A stretch of DNA of 64,000 nucleotides from positions 495,435-559,434 of the forward strand of contig NMRA01000098.1 of assembly GCA_002633005.1 (NCBI GenBank), read 5' to 3'. The notes beneath the pieces are model-generated. The model searched no databases. It was not told the origin of the DNA and was given only the letters and a program-made list of their open reading frames with translations. How positions within the stretch are numbered: position 1 is the stretch's first letter; each line of letters starts with the position of its first letter. Position numbers and translations under genes: made by a program. Positions 40,711 through 53,710 of the stretch are shown in pieces. Source of the stretch: Phoronis australis. Taxonomy: Eukaryota; Animalia; Phoronida.

Positions 40711-43239
40711 TGTTAAAAATTATTCAGTCTGGATAGCAGCTATCCCAAGTTAGATTCTGCATGTTTAAATTTTATTTTGAAACTGTTTGTCTTCTCCTCA
40801 CTAGAACATGAGTCAGCCTTAAGTAGCCAGATCTTACTGGCAAAACAATACTGCCTGTTGACATTTGGAAGATTCAAATATTTGTTGTCAAACAAGTCAA
40901 TATTAAACTCCCCTAAGCAACATTTTTGTTGATGTACTGCCCCGATTTTAATCTCTAAATAAAAGGCTCAGAGTGTGTGCTTTTTAGTGGATGTTCCTAG
41001 GGCTTTCTACATAACTTTGAATTTTCAAATTTGTATGTTGTCAACATCGCGTCATCTGTTCTTTTCGTGACATGAATCTCACTCGCTAAACGTGAAATTT
41101 AATAATATAGTCTTCACCTATTTTATTTAATGAGGATTAAAACAACTTTCCAGTATGGCCATTCGTATCTATAATATATGTGTAGCAGTCCGTAACACTT
41201 TCAAAGCTTGCTGCAATTCCATTTTGAATCCACCAGGACAATTTCCTTTTCCCTCACCCATCATTAGAACATGCTTTTCCTGTCTTTAAGACCCTTTAGG
41301 GACCCATAAGAAAGCCATTTTAATGCGTTTTAGAATTAATAAATCAATGCTGCGCCATTGGACCACTTTACTGGCGTCAGACTCCAACATTTTCCCCTTT
41401 CCTGTCCTCCATGTAATTAGATTAACTGCCTCAGATTGCGGTATTAAATCACGTTTTTTTACTTGTACAACATGTTTTATGCAGTATATGTGGGCTAAAT
41501 GTGATGTATCTCTGTTGAATTACTTGTTGGACATGGTATTCATGAAGTTTAACATACTAATGCCCTTGGCTTGTTTTTGTTCACTACTAGAGATTTGTTT
41601 TGAAGAATGTTGTTCAAGCAGGTCCTAAGGCCTGTGTTAAGGAATTTTTCACTTTTGTAATTGCACAAAAAGTTTGCCATATTAAAAGAATTAGGTTCTG
41701 AATTGACATTAGTGTAACCACATTGTGTGTTAGGTTCAAAATTAATGTTTTAGTGATTTCTCACCCATTTATCACCCAATTTGACCGTCTAGTGAAATTT
41801 CTGTCAGATTTTTCCACATAAATAAAGATTAAGAAATTTTCAGTCAATCACTAGCATGGTTTGTTATGTGGAGGTGTCATAAAACAACTTTTGATATATT
41901 TTGTGTAGTGAAGAAATTATCCAAAAGTGGAAAATGGCAATTTTGGCAATTGCCTTTGTGCAAAATAAGTGAAAAATAACTAGTCAGTCTTGTTTGTTTC
42001 GAGAACGATGTGCTTCTGAGTGTTGACTAGATTATGATTTTAAACGTAGTACACTCATTTTTAAGATGTTCAACTGCCACTGAATTGTTCTCCGAACTCT
42101 GAAGTTGAAGCTTTCCTGTAACTGGTTTATGAACCAAAAAATTGTTTCTTAGGAATGGTAAGTCGGAATTATGTTACGGATACATTGGTTCATACCAGTT
42201 GAAAGTGTTATTGCTTTTTGCACAGCATTGTATTACAAGGTTAACCTGGAAATTCGGGAAATTGTGAGGCTGTTTGGTCCTTATATCTGTCTTTTTGAAC
42301 AAAGTTAATAAATAGGGTTGCTATCATTTACTACTCAGAACTGTGAGGGACAACTCTTTACTGAAAAAAGTACATTTTGCAGGCTGTGTTAGAATAAAAT
42401 GATAGTTATTTTTTTTTCACTTCATTAGTACTGTCCTCCTAACTGCAAGCAGTTTGTCTTCGCTTTGTGATAATTCCCGTATGAGAAAACCAACATGTTT
42501 TATTGCGAGTCTGATCGCATTATACTAACTAGGAGAAATCTGATTTCCTTCTTCAGTTCAGTGGTAAATGTCATGTAGCTGGACCCTGAAGTTGGTGGAG
42601 TGAATCCAGGATTACTGTTTACCTGATAATCGCATTACTACTTACATGATGGTGCATTATTAATGAATGTCTCTGAGTACATTGCAAATACTTATCGTTT
42701 TTGTGTCACCTCCAGATGGCAGCACTTCCCAAATCTACCATAGATATCAATCTAGTCCATTGGCGTTTTCAAAGTCTTTTGTCGGGCATCCGGACTGGCA
42801 ATCAAATTGTCTGCCTTGCTTCAGGGAATTACTTAAACTCAGTGGAACTACTGAGTTATATTGCCATGAAATCATTGCTAATAGACTCCTTGTGGGTTTC
42901 CCACCTGAGCAGGAGAAGTGTATCTGGTTGCAAAAGCCCATCTAAGCCTTGTACATGGAAAACCAGCATGAGGTCTTGCAAACTTGGAATGATTCCTGCT
43001 GTGCAGTATCAGGTTGGCACCATGTCATCAAGGGGTCAGCGGGACAAAAATCCACTTTGCTTCACGTCTCGAAAAAGCTCTATTGCTGTGCACCACACAA
43101 AAAGAACAGTGTCCATGATTTTGAGAGTTGACAGCTCTTGAGAGTCACATACAATTCTTCGACTAAGTACGTTGGTGCTTTGAAACGAGGCTAATTTTTA
43201 ATGATTGTCTCCATAAAGGAGAGGTCATTTGAGACATGA

Positions 43240-43667
43240 GGCCCTTTCATACTAACTAAGCTCTGGTATGAGCAGTATCAGCAAAGCATCAAGGTAAATT
43301 GCGAAGTAAATTGGATCATACATACCAGCTTTGGTAGTTAATGGCATCGAAGTAAACAGAAGGCGACGCTGTCGTCATCAAAGTAAGCACAAGGTAGCGC
43401 TGGTGATTGTTCGAGTAAAATATTCGACTATTAGTGATGACACTGCTCTTTAATTGTTGATGATGGTAGTGGCCCTGACAATAACTTTTATGGGACCGAA
43501 GTTGATCGTTTACACTGCATTGCAGCATCGATGCTACGCTGTTAAATCCACCTGTTTACTGCAAAGTTAACTGGTGGTGTTAACTTCGATCTAGGACCAA
43601 AGTTAACCGTTCATATTGACTGCAACTCTCCAAAACATTGACGCATTGACGTTAGTATGAAAGGGCC
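43240..43667. mobile_element. PIF/Harbinger-like MITE (partial relatives in opposite orientation at ~14178-14290 and ~24711-24860)
   Basis: 17-bp perfect TIR GGCCCTTTCATACTAAC / GTTAGTATGAAAGGGCC. The internal motif ttt/cggtcct..atcgaagtta is shared with the other copies. The TSD is not clean (tga / ttt). Confidence 0.7.
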
Positions 43668-46081
43668 TTTTGTCCTCTGGGTCAAGTATGTTCGTCACTA
43701 GAAAACACAAACTGGTATTGACAAATAACTTCCATGATAAACTCCATTGCCAATGGCAAAGTGAGTAAAGATTACAAACTGGTAAAAATGTATTTAAACT
43801 TGTGCTACATTTTTGTAGACTACTGTATTGGACTTTGCTGATTTCAAAAGTATTTATTGAGTTAATGAAGGCATATAATAAATGGATATCTGTCTAGTAG
43901 GAAAATTGTAAAATTGTTCGTCAAAGGCCTACATTTCATGTATAATCGTTAACATTGTGTAACCATGTTCACTTGCTTTCTTTCAGCTGTTTGATCGCTG
44001 TTTTATGCCTTTCTCTCAGTTTTGAATTTTTCCATTTAGCCAGACTGTATTCTTGCTAATGACGTAAATGTTAGAACAGAAAACAATTTGCAGAGAAAAA
44101 TGAGAAGTAATTATTAGCCTCTTAGCTTTGCTCAGTCTTGTGTTCTGCGTATCAAAGGAACACTTGTATAAAACATCGTTTTCTTTTGAATCAAGACTCG
44201 AAAACAGTTCCTACGGGCTTTTATCAGCATGTCAATAATGATCTTGCTAAGTAATGTAATCTGTATGATATGCTTCATTTTCTGTTATGTTGATTCTTTG
44301 AGTGGATTGTTTTGAACTTGTGTCTTTTTTAATCATGGGCCAGCACTGTTTGGCCGCATGGGCGTGGGTGTTGCTGCTAATTTTGTTTCAGTATTCTCAA
44401 CAGAAAAGATTATTTAAAATGCTCAGAAATAGGACTAACCAGCCTAAATAGTTTAATACTAATTAATAAAAAGAAGCAATGAAAACACTTTGTGAAGTTT
44501 ATGTTGATCATGTTTTCTATTAGTACAAAAGGCAGTATCTGATATTTGAGAATTACGGCGAATGCCAAAATCACCCACGTCTCAATTTTCAGAATCAAGA
44601 AAATTCAGTTTCAGTTAGAATTTCCATGTCCCAAATTGTACAGTCTTCCCAAATTGGAGCATGTTACTGTACTTGTGGGCAATCCTACCCCACCCTTTGG
44701 TTGTGGTTAAGGTGTTAAGTCTCAATACCCAGGTGTTAATCTGATTACACCTAGGTGGCCAGAGAAGATCAAGTGCTGTGTAATGTGAGTAATGGGCGAT
44801 CAAACAGCATGTTCTTTTCACCCACAAATGACCCATGAGGGGATCAGATGACATTGGTGTTTGCGCACCCTTTGTCCATCCATTGATAGGCCATGTGTAC
44901 CCCACAACAAGCCAGGCACAATGCTAGTGCCCACAGCTGCTCTAAGTTCACCTAATACAAAGACAGAGCACACAAAATACATCAATCAACTTGATTTCTC
45001 CTGTTCCTCTCTACTGTATCACCAGTAATGTCTGGGCTCATGGTGAAGGTCAACAAAAGTTGATTTTGTAGTGTCTCAAAAAGTAATTTCCTGGTTAAAC
45101 AGTTGAGAATAGTGAGAGGTGTTATTGTAGTAAACAGCCAGGTAAAGACCCAGGTGTGTGAGTGCTCACCTTGGTATGTCTCATTGCTCGGCCTTTCCTG
45201 TGAACAGTTCACAGTATTTACCAATTCCACTATTCCCACGGCTCAAGCAAAAAATTAGCAGCATGAGACATTCACAAAGCATCAGGGGCCCCTGTCAACT
45301 GTATTTGCGTGTCCAGGTTAACTGCCATGTTTGACTCAATCCCACCCCTCACTTTCGCTTTTTAAGCGCCTTTGCTCGGTGTAATACCCACCCACCAATT
45401 CATACTTCCTTAAAAATGTCGGTGTCTAAATGCTTGTCTCACAAAAAAATTATTTCTAGAAATGTACACTACTCGCTTACATTTGTGCAACAAACAGTTA
45501 GTTTCATTAGTACCTTGCCATGTCATGGTAAAGGCCTTCTGATATCTTGTGTGCAAAAGATAGCTGGTGAATGTATTCACATGACAGAATCAAATGTTTG
45601 GGTAAACACTCATCTCTAACTGATCAAATGAGTACAGTACTGAAGGTCATCAGCCCAGTCATCACTAAAACCGTTGTATCAGTCTTGGTGGTTGAATGGG
45701 ACTGTGGTCTATTGTGGAATTGAAGTTAATTGCAACACAATCTTTCATTATTTTCATAAAACATGCGACTGCACTAGCTTCATGTTTGCAGCATGTGCTT
45801 ACGACCATTTTAGCTCCAACTAGACTTACAAGATCAGCCTTTGATGAAACGGACAAAAGCACACACTTATCAGTCATCCATTTAGTGTAGCTCAAAGTCA
45901 AGTGTTTCAAAGCTTCGTAAATGATATTTCGCTTTGCACTGATAATCTACCTATAACAACTTACCCAACACACTGTACGTTTTGGTAGTCAGATGATGTA
46001 CCGGGGTGTTAACTATTTGGCAGTAGAAGTCGCCACTGTTTCTCTAATGTCTAATACATTCCTGCGATGTTCTCTTTTCAG

Positions 46082-46306
46082 CCTGCATCGCGGACTGAGT
46101 TGACCTACTGCAGCCCTACTTCAGATCTTCCCACCCCTATCTTGATACGCACGTCCAGGGCCAACGGTCCCAGCAAGAATGTCGTCCCCCGTGTCTACAA
46201 TGTGCAGGTCTCACTGTCCTCACCAGATGGCTCCACTGTATCATCGCCAGTACTACAGAGGTCTGGCGAGAACGACACCGAAAACCCGCCAGATATTGAT
46301 CCTCGG
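46082..46306 (+). CDS. exon, Ser/Pro-rich cytoplasmic loop PASRTELTYCSPTSDLPTPILIRT...ENPPDIDPR
   Basis: Acceptor tctcttttcag, donor CGG|gtttgt, 225 nt, phase 0 to 0, GC-rich open frame. Confidence 0.85.
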
Positions 46307-46708
46307 GTTTGTAATGCTTTGTTTGTGATTTTTTAAATCATTTGTGTAGAATGACGTATTGACTGGGAGCATTTTAATAAGTTCACATATTTGGACAAAC
46401 GCTTGTTCTTGCCAACTCGGTAGTTTATTTTAAGGGACATGTCAAATTTTCATGATGAAACAACTTCTTTGTAATTACAGCTAGAACAGACACCATTGAT
46501 AATGGGAGAAGAGACTTTTACATAATGCCAGGGATCCTAAATATTGTAAAATCGTATTTCGCATCATTTACAAGGAATCAGTCTGGATCTTTTGGTGCAT
46601 TAGTAATTTAAAAAATATTGAAGCTGAAGTGATTTCTAAACATATGTTTTGAGTTAAACTTGTCCCAGTTGTGTGATTTGTGTTAACATGTTTTGTGTTA
46701 TTAACTAG

Positions 46709-46813
46709 ATATTGGAGACTGTGCTTCGTCAGAGGTCCACTCCTTACGCATCATCCTCACCGCGGAAAAATAGAGAGAACATCGAACTTATCAAACCAGA
46801 AGTCCTCTTGGTG
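46709..46813 (+). CDS. exon ILETVLRQRSTPYASSSPRKNRENIELIKPEVLLV
   Basis: Acceptor ttattaactag, donor GTG|gtaagt, 105 nt, phase 0 to 0. Confidence 0.82.
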
Positions 46814-49797
46814 GTAAGTTTCTGTACTGCTGTTTTTTATTGCTTGACTTGAAGACTCTCTTTCTTAGTTTTCGTGATCTCTGGTCTTCTCAGCTATGGC
46901 CACAAGGGGCAGCACCATTTGTGACCAATTTGCACTGTGAATGTGAAAGTAGATGAGGCAATGGAAAGTAGTGAAATCGTTGTCAGGAACAATGTTCTGG
47001 TCCTCTTACGGTATTGCGAAAACAGTAGCTTGGTAAATTAGTAACTATGAACCCGCCTTTGGTGTTAAAAAATACTAACTTTGGATATAAAGTTGGTGTG
47101 AACTTATTTCTTACTCAGTGGAGGAATGATTTCCAGGCTATGGGAGACTTGACAGTTGTGTAGTGCTTGAGTGAGACGATGTTGAACTCATCGAATGACA
47201 TTCAGTGACAAGCCATTCATTGAGTCGCATCTCAAGCAATGAACTATCACTTCTAGCAATCGTCTCTAATCCAAGTATTGAACGAGTTAAGGCCACATTT
47301 GTAGAAGTATCAATCTGTTTCACACTGCAGGTGTTTTAGTCACTTGTAAGTAAGTTGTTGTTCACTAATAAAAGCCGTGTGCACTTGATGCCAATATTAT
47401 GGGCCCCTAGTCATGGACAGTGAGGAATGTTGGGTTGGAAAGACAATGCAATGTAGTCTTTAGCTTTATGTTGGAACATTGTGTGAGATCTTGATAAAAC
47501 TAAGAACATGTCAGTGTTATTGAATTCCATTGTACTTATTCTATCTAGACGTGAGTCTCTTAAAACACTAGTAGCTGGGATGTTGACAAGCAATACATTT
47601 TAGTCAAGCTGTAATGATTTCAGACGAAAGACCAGGTTCAGGAGCTGAGTGCCAATATAGATAAGTTAGAGCCGGGTATACCTGGTTCTGGTGGGCAGGT
47701 GAGCCCGTGTGTTTATCATGTGTGTTGCGATGTACTTCTTATAGTTAATGTGTTGTGTATACTATCAGTTGTTTAGTCATGTTATTGACTGCTTAGCATT
47801 GAATATTGCTACCATTGTTGTAAGTATTTTGAATTCCACCAGGATACTATGTGTTTAGGAATGAAGTCTTATGTTTCCGTTTATAATTTTGTAATTAGAT
47901 TTTGCTGTGCTACTTTTTCTTTCGTTATATACATTTTTTTACTTAGCTTTAGCGTTTTTGTCTAATCTTCATTCACATTTTAGTTCTGAATGTAATGATG
48001 CTTTAGTGAACAGTAGAAAATTTGTTTTCAATAATTTGTAATGGATAGAAATGACCGCAAGGTATGTTAGAACTATATAATCTATATACTAATAAATATA
48101 AATTAACTCATTGCTTAATCCATTCATATATAAGAGCAGAGGAATCTCGGTGCAGATGGATTAGTTTTATGAGGATGCGTGTGTAAATTGCAGAGTTGAT
48201 AATAAGTAAGGACGACTAATGGAATTGGTTTGTTCTGGTTGTTTTCTTCTAGAGACATTATCAACTGTTTGTAACGCGTGCCAGACTATCCCCAAGGTCT
48301 TCCAATGGTCCTTGTTTAACCGCTCAGGACCGTAACTCTCTGTCCCCATACTGGAGTGGAAGTCAAGTAATATAGCATCTCAAGTGTTCACTTGTATGAC
48401 TTCTCTCTTTCACATTTCTCACCCCACCCTTTAGGAGGCCACTGTTTTAGTTTTTAGGATTAGACACGAATTTTCACATTCATCAGAAGGCACATTTGAG
48501 AATATATTTTGTTACCATGGCGATACAAGCACTGTTAGGCTACTGTGATATGTCCATGCAAATGAATTATATTGCATATCAAGATATTGTTTCTTAGAAA
48601 TTTTCTGTGTCTAGTTTTCTTACTAGAATTTACTAGAATTTTCTATACCACAGGTTCAATGTAACAAGTTTGATGCCAGTAATTTATTTTTCTTTTACCT
48701 CTAGCTGTGTTGTTTATGTTTATCTTACAGTTAGTTTGGTTGTATAATTCAATTGTCAAATGACTCCTTTTATTTATAAGAACAAGTCGGTCCATAAAGC
48801 ACTTGTACCCATCCACTAGAAATGGAAATTCTATTATTTATTAGCAAGCTACGTGGCTAAAAAACAAATTTTTTACTTTGCCTGTTTTTCTAAAAAATAA
48901 TTGAATATCAGCCTTTGGAATTTTTACAAATTTAATGACAATTTGGCTGTTATCTTTGTACGAATTATTTGAGATAATTGTTGCTTTCATACTAGCTGAA
49001 AGAATCCTCTGTTACCATCTTCCATCTCCCTGTGCCTGATTTGTTTGATAAACACGGTGTCGTTTGTTTGTTTGTTGTTGTTTTTTATTTGATTTGCTTC
49101 AATTTGTTGCACCCTGTACTCAGTGTTGTGTCTAACTGTTTCCAGAGGTCGTATCGTCCTGTACGATACAGGGTGAAACGGAAAAAGGTGATGTATATCC
49201 ATGCCAGCTTGACTGTCGAGTTGTGCCATAAATTGTCCTGTCAGTGTTATGATCCCTAAACTAAAAGCATGAGTCTCAGCCCCTCACTGGTGTTGGAAGT
49301 GATCAAAATGTCGAGTTTGACCCTGTTGTAAATATTTTGTGGTTTTCTTAATTATAATTGTATTTGATTAACAGATAGATGTTAACTAACATTTATTATT
49401 TAACATCAGTTTGATGAATATTCTAACGCTGATTTGGGGTGGCATTTTAAACCTTTTTGTCCATGTTTAACTAACCTAGGGTTATGGTAACTTTTTATTT
49501 ACAAGTCTAATAGTTTTCATTTATATACGTTGATCTTCAATAGCCTGCATGTCAACTTGAATGGGTGAAATAATTATGTAGTCAAAGCTCTGCCATTTTA
49601 ATTTGCTTAAAGAATTACTGTATTAGCTGCATGAATTTCTAGGGTTGAAAAATTATTGTCATTTGCTGTTAATATTACTAACATAGAATGTTTACTTTTG
49701 TAGCTTGGACATGAAAAACTATAATTGAAGGATCTTGCCATTTTATTTGCTTATAAGTTTCACTACGTCCTTTCATTGCCAGCTCTTGTTTTTGCAG

Positions 49798-49908
49798 AGA
49801 CCCCTGCCAAACAAACGCAGCGTGAGGTCAGAGCCAGAACACACTGCAACCACAGGATCGTCAGATGCAGATGCACAGAGTGCTCCCGAAGGCAAAAAAT
49901 CAAACTGG
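49798..49908 (+). CDS. exon RPLPNKRSVRSEPEHTATTGSSDADAQSAPEGKKSNW
   Basis: Acceptor cttgtttttgcag, donor TGG|gtgagt, 111 nt, phase 0 to 0. Confidence 0.85.
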
Positions 49909-50414
49909 GTGAGTCGCGATAATCTCAAATTTGTAAAATAAAATTACATTAATTGTGGAGTGAGCTTCAGAGTTGAATGATGGTTTTCAGTTGATCGTTA
50001 ATTCAAGTTGGGAGAAGGAATAGATATTGTCTTGGGTGAAGTGTTTCATCATTTGGTGTTTGTCACCGCTACTCAGTTTTCCATTTGCCACGATATTTTG
50101 TCAGACTAGATTTTGAATTAACAGCAATTCCCACTACCTGTTATGCAGAGGAGGACCCTAAAGTGCTAAAATAACCTTGAGCAATGGTTTCGGCTCCTGT
50201 TATACAATCATGAACTTGCGTTTTTCTCAAAATTTTTGCTGACGCGTGCTCATACCAACTCCATTAGCTAATTAGAGGCATTTTTCTCAACCGAAGTTGA
50301 ATAACTCTGTTTTCAAATATATTTTTGATATACTGGCAACAGATGCTGGATTTGTCAGTTTAGTTGTTTTCTGTTGATTCCCAACTCATTTATGACTGTT
50401 TACCTGTCCAACAG

Positions 50415-50619
50415 AATTCCCCATCTAGTGCGCCATCCGACAGTGACCATCGGCCAGCAGGCGGCGGCGGCGGTGGTGGCCGGGGACCGGTCAGACCCAG
50501 CATGCTGGTGCTGGCTACTCTGACGGTTCTCTCATTGCTGACTGTCGTGTACGCAGCTTGCCAACAGGAGACAACTGTGGACATCACTATATTCATACCT
50601 AACAATAAAGTCCAACTCA
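50415..50619 (+). CDS. exon with poly-Gly followed by a signal-peptide-like segment MLVLATLTVLSLLTVVYAAC
   Basis: Acceptor tacctgtccaacag, donor CTCA|gtaagt, 205 nt, phase 0 to 1, strongly GC-rich. In-frame ATG at 50502. Confidence 0.88.
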
Positions 50620-51077
50620 GTAAGTCGCCATGGACACAGTATTGACAGCAATACAGTAAAATCTCACCAATTTTGGACAAATATACTTGCCAAAATTGAC
50701 CTACTTTCGTTTTTTGAAAGGCGTTAATGTTATTGTTAACACGTACATTTTATCAAAATACTGTCCAATAATAGCTATGGCATGAAGACTGATGAAGCAT
50801 TTGATTTTGTGCTTCTTATATTTAAAGTCCTTGTCTCACGCGTTGTTAACCCTTATTACATGGTTAGAAGATGTTATAAGGATCCAAGAAGTACCTACCC
50901 CATAACTAATACACGATCCGTACTCGAAAACAGTTTAAATGAACGCACCACTCACGATTCGCACCCGAAGAAACACCGCCATTTTGAACTTGCCGCGAAC
51001 CCGGAAGTACAATTCATTCAGGAACCCAGGCCGAGAAAACGCCGTCAGTGCGACTGGAGCAGTGCCTGTACTGTTAC

Positions 51078-51727
51078 NNNNNNNNNNNNNNNNNNNNNNN
51101 NNNNNNNNNNNNNNNNNNNNNNNNNNNNNNNNNNNNNNNNNNNNNNNNNNNNNNNNNNNNNNNNNNNNNNNNNNNNNNNNNNNNNNNNNNNNNNNNNNNN
51201 NNNNNNNNNNNNNNNNNNNNNNNNNNNNNNNNNNNNNNNNNNNNNNNNNNNNNNNNNNNNNNNNNNNNNNNNNNNNNNNNNNNNNNNNNNNNNNNNNNNN
51301 NNNNNNNNNNNNNNNNNNNNNNNNNNNNNNNNNNNNNNNNNNNNNNNNNNNNNNNNNNNNNNNNNNNNNNNNNNNNNNNNNNNNNNNNNNNNNNNNNNNN
51401 NNNNNNNNNNNNNNNNNNNNNNNNNNNNNNNNNNNNNNNNNNNNNNNNNNNNNNNNNNNNNNNNNNNNNNNNNNNNNNNNNNNNNNNNNNNNNNNNNNNN
51501 NNNNNNNNNNNNNNNNNNNNNNNNNNNNNNNNNNNNNNNNNNNNNNNNNNNNNNNNNNNNNNNNNNNNNNNNNNNNNNNNNNNNNNNNNNNNNNNNNNNN
51601 NNNNNNNNNNNNNNNNNNNNNNNNNNNNNNNNNNNNNNNNNNNNNNNNNNNNNNNNNNNNNNNNNNNNNNNNNNNNNNNNNNNNNNNNNNNNNNNNNNNN
51701 NNNNNNNNNNNNNNNNNNNNNNNNNNN
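51078..51727. other. assembly gap (N run)
   Basis: Run of n. Confidence 1.
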
Positions 51728-52111
51728 AAACTATAAATACACTACATATGCAAACGAATCACGATATATTACTAATAAAACAAAATAATGAAGACTTTTC
51801 GAGCAAGCCATAGCACATTCAGTTACAAGGAAAAAATGGCGGCGTTCAGGACAAGTTCCTGAACTGATGAGCCGGAAATGTGGGTACGGAAATAACCGAT
51901 GACAACCGGTAATCATACGCTCAGAGAGAAGGGTCAAATACTGTTAAAAAATCGCTTTTGGCAAGAAAGGCGAAAAGAATATAAAGAAAGGGTGTCGAAA
52001 ATAAGAATTTATGTAGTAAGTATTTTCGGATACTGAAACCACATGGGCAGTTTGCAACAAGGACTTTAATGAAAAAAATGAAATGTCACTTGTCTGCCGT
52101 ATCATAGAGAA

Positions 52112-52230
52112 GGCAGTGTGGCCTAGTGTGGTAAGGTGTCCGCTTTCTTTACTCGAGGTCGTGGGTTCGAGTTCCACTGGGCCACACTGCTAAACCCTTG
52201 AGTCAGGTTTCTTGCGCCTCTGCTTGGTTT
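52112..52230 (+). mobile_element. tRNA-derived SINE 5' region
   Basis: A box tggcctagtgtgg and B box ggttcgagttcc, followed by cccttgagtcagg, which resembles the conserved post-tRNA segment of deuterostome/metazoan SINEs. Not a complete tRNA. Confidence 0.65.
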
Positions 52231-52794
52231 TAACTACATTTGATAAAGCAGAAAAATAGTTCTAGGTGATCAGTGCAATGGGCCCACATGCGCAGCCTGC
52301 GCACGTCTGGTACACCGTGTACCAGACCGTCTGCAATTATTTTTTGTTATGTCGTATCGTACATTGATGAGATTTTACCGCAACGTGAAAGTGAAATGTT
52401 TTTCATAAAAGATAAGTAGCACCAAATGAATTGTTTAGAATTATTTAAGTTCTATATCACAGCTATCGCCAAATGATGTTTTGACAAATTGTGGCCACAA
52501 CAATGTTAGATGCCTTTGTGACATGAAAAAGGTCAATTTTGGCAATTATTCGAAATTGGTGAGATTTTCTGAAAGTACTTTTATGATAGTAATAGTAACA
52601 CTTATATTAGTTCTTTCAGATATTAACACAATGGTTGATATGTGCCACCTTATTTTGAAGGTTGCAATTCTTTACTTACTTTTTTGTTTTGTAATCATTT
52701 CAAGACAATACGCACTTTTGTTACAAAAATCATTTTGTCATATAACAGCTTTTACCATCATCATTGTTTGTCATTGTCATCATCATGAATGTTG

Positions 52795-52860
52795 TTATTT
52801 TTATTATTGTTATTGTTATTGTTATTGTTGTTATTATTGCTGTTGTTATTGTTTTTATAA
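52795..52860. repeat. (TATTGT)n/(TAT)n microsatellite
   Basis: ttattattgttattgttattgttattgttgttattattgc... Confidence 0.9.
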
Positions 52861-53117
52861 TTCTATGGCTGTTCTTTTTATTCATATTGTTATTTTTCTT
52901 GTTATTATTGCTACTTTTGCATCTAATAATTCCTTCCATTCATACTCAGTGTGTACAATACATCATTGACATGGCATTCATTGAAAATGTCTGTTTTCAC
53001 AAAATTAAGTTATTCCTGGTAAAGTTCTTTGGATGAACTTTAACAAGTTTTCTCACAACACAAAACTAATCTCTCTCAGTGTCTCCTGATTTTGACATGT
53101 AACTTGCATTGTTTCAG

Positions 53118-53195
53118 GATCCATCAAAATCTTCACCAGTGTGGGTGGAAAACTGCACCCTGACGCTGATTATTCAGACAGAATACAGATCTTTG
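53118..53195 (+). CDS. exon (R)SIKIFTSVGGKLHPDADYSDRIQIF
   Basis: Acceptor cattgtttcag, donor TTG|gtatgt, 78 nt, phase 1 to 1, consistent with both neighbours. Confidence 0.8.
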
Positions 53196-53557
53196 GTATG
53201 TTCAACAAAATTATTTCGGATGAAACTTCTCCTATTCTGAGTTTGTTTTGAAAAGTGGTGATTTCATTTGTTTGCAATTATTTTCAAGGTACTCACTGCC
53301 ACAGTAAAATAAATGGAATCTTTCGAGTTGAGCATTAGCATGAAACTGTTGGTCATGCCTGGCAGCTTTGAGTATCAATTACTTGTACAGACAAAAACAT
53401 TAGTATGTGTTGAATATTGTTAGCTTACTTAATGATATGATTCTTGTTGAAGAATCAACATATTTCAATGTATCAAAATTTTTCACGCTAAGTTGCCAAA
53501 ATATTAACTGTGATGAACATGCTGATCTTAAAACCTTTTCTCTTGTTTGTCCGTTAG

Positions 53558-53710
53558 ATGTTGAGACGAGCCGTCTTACGTCCAATCCACCTTGCTATCC
53601 AAAATACCAGTGCCCCCAGGTGTTGAACTCTACCATGGTGGGATGTAACGCGGGAACCAAGACGTGTTTCTGTGAACGAGGTTATGAAATTAAGGGGGAC
53701 TACTGTGTCG
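53558..53710 (+). CDS. exon, six-cysteine EGF-like module DVETSRLTSNPPCYPKYQCPQVLNSTMVGCNAGTKTCFCERGYEIKGDYCV
   Basis: Acceptor ttgtttgtccgttag, donor TCG|gtgagt, phase 1 to 1. Contains the CxCxxGY...C EGF C-terminal motif and the N-glycosylation sequon NST. Confidence 0.92.

Noticed and set aside
42153-42157. ttcttag|gaatg|gtaagt 5-nt microexon-like site
   Set aside because: Frameshifting and lacks the upstream UGC context. Likely chance.
42667-43141. Overlapping 92-146-aa ORFs
   Set aside because: No recognisable domain, no fitting splice sites, and stops in the alternative frames.
50782-51813. Long ORFs of 246-343 aa (and similar ORFs at 31980-32483)
   Set aside because: Artefacts of reading through N runs.
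52112-52190. tRNA gene
   Set aside because: A and B boxes are present, but the anticodon and acceptor stems do not close properly and SINE-like sequence follows.
52481-53036. Cys/Tyr-rich and hydrophobic ORFs
   Set aside because: These are translations of a TATTGT microsatellite.
53118-53195. Second open frame in this exon (DPSKSSPVWVENCTLTLIIQTEYRSL)
   Set aside because: Phase 0-0 is incompatible with both neighbouring exons, and a second open frame is unremarkable in 78 nt.
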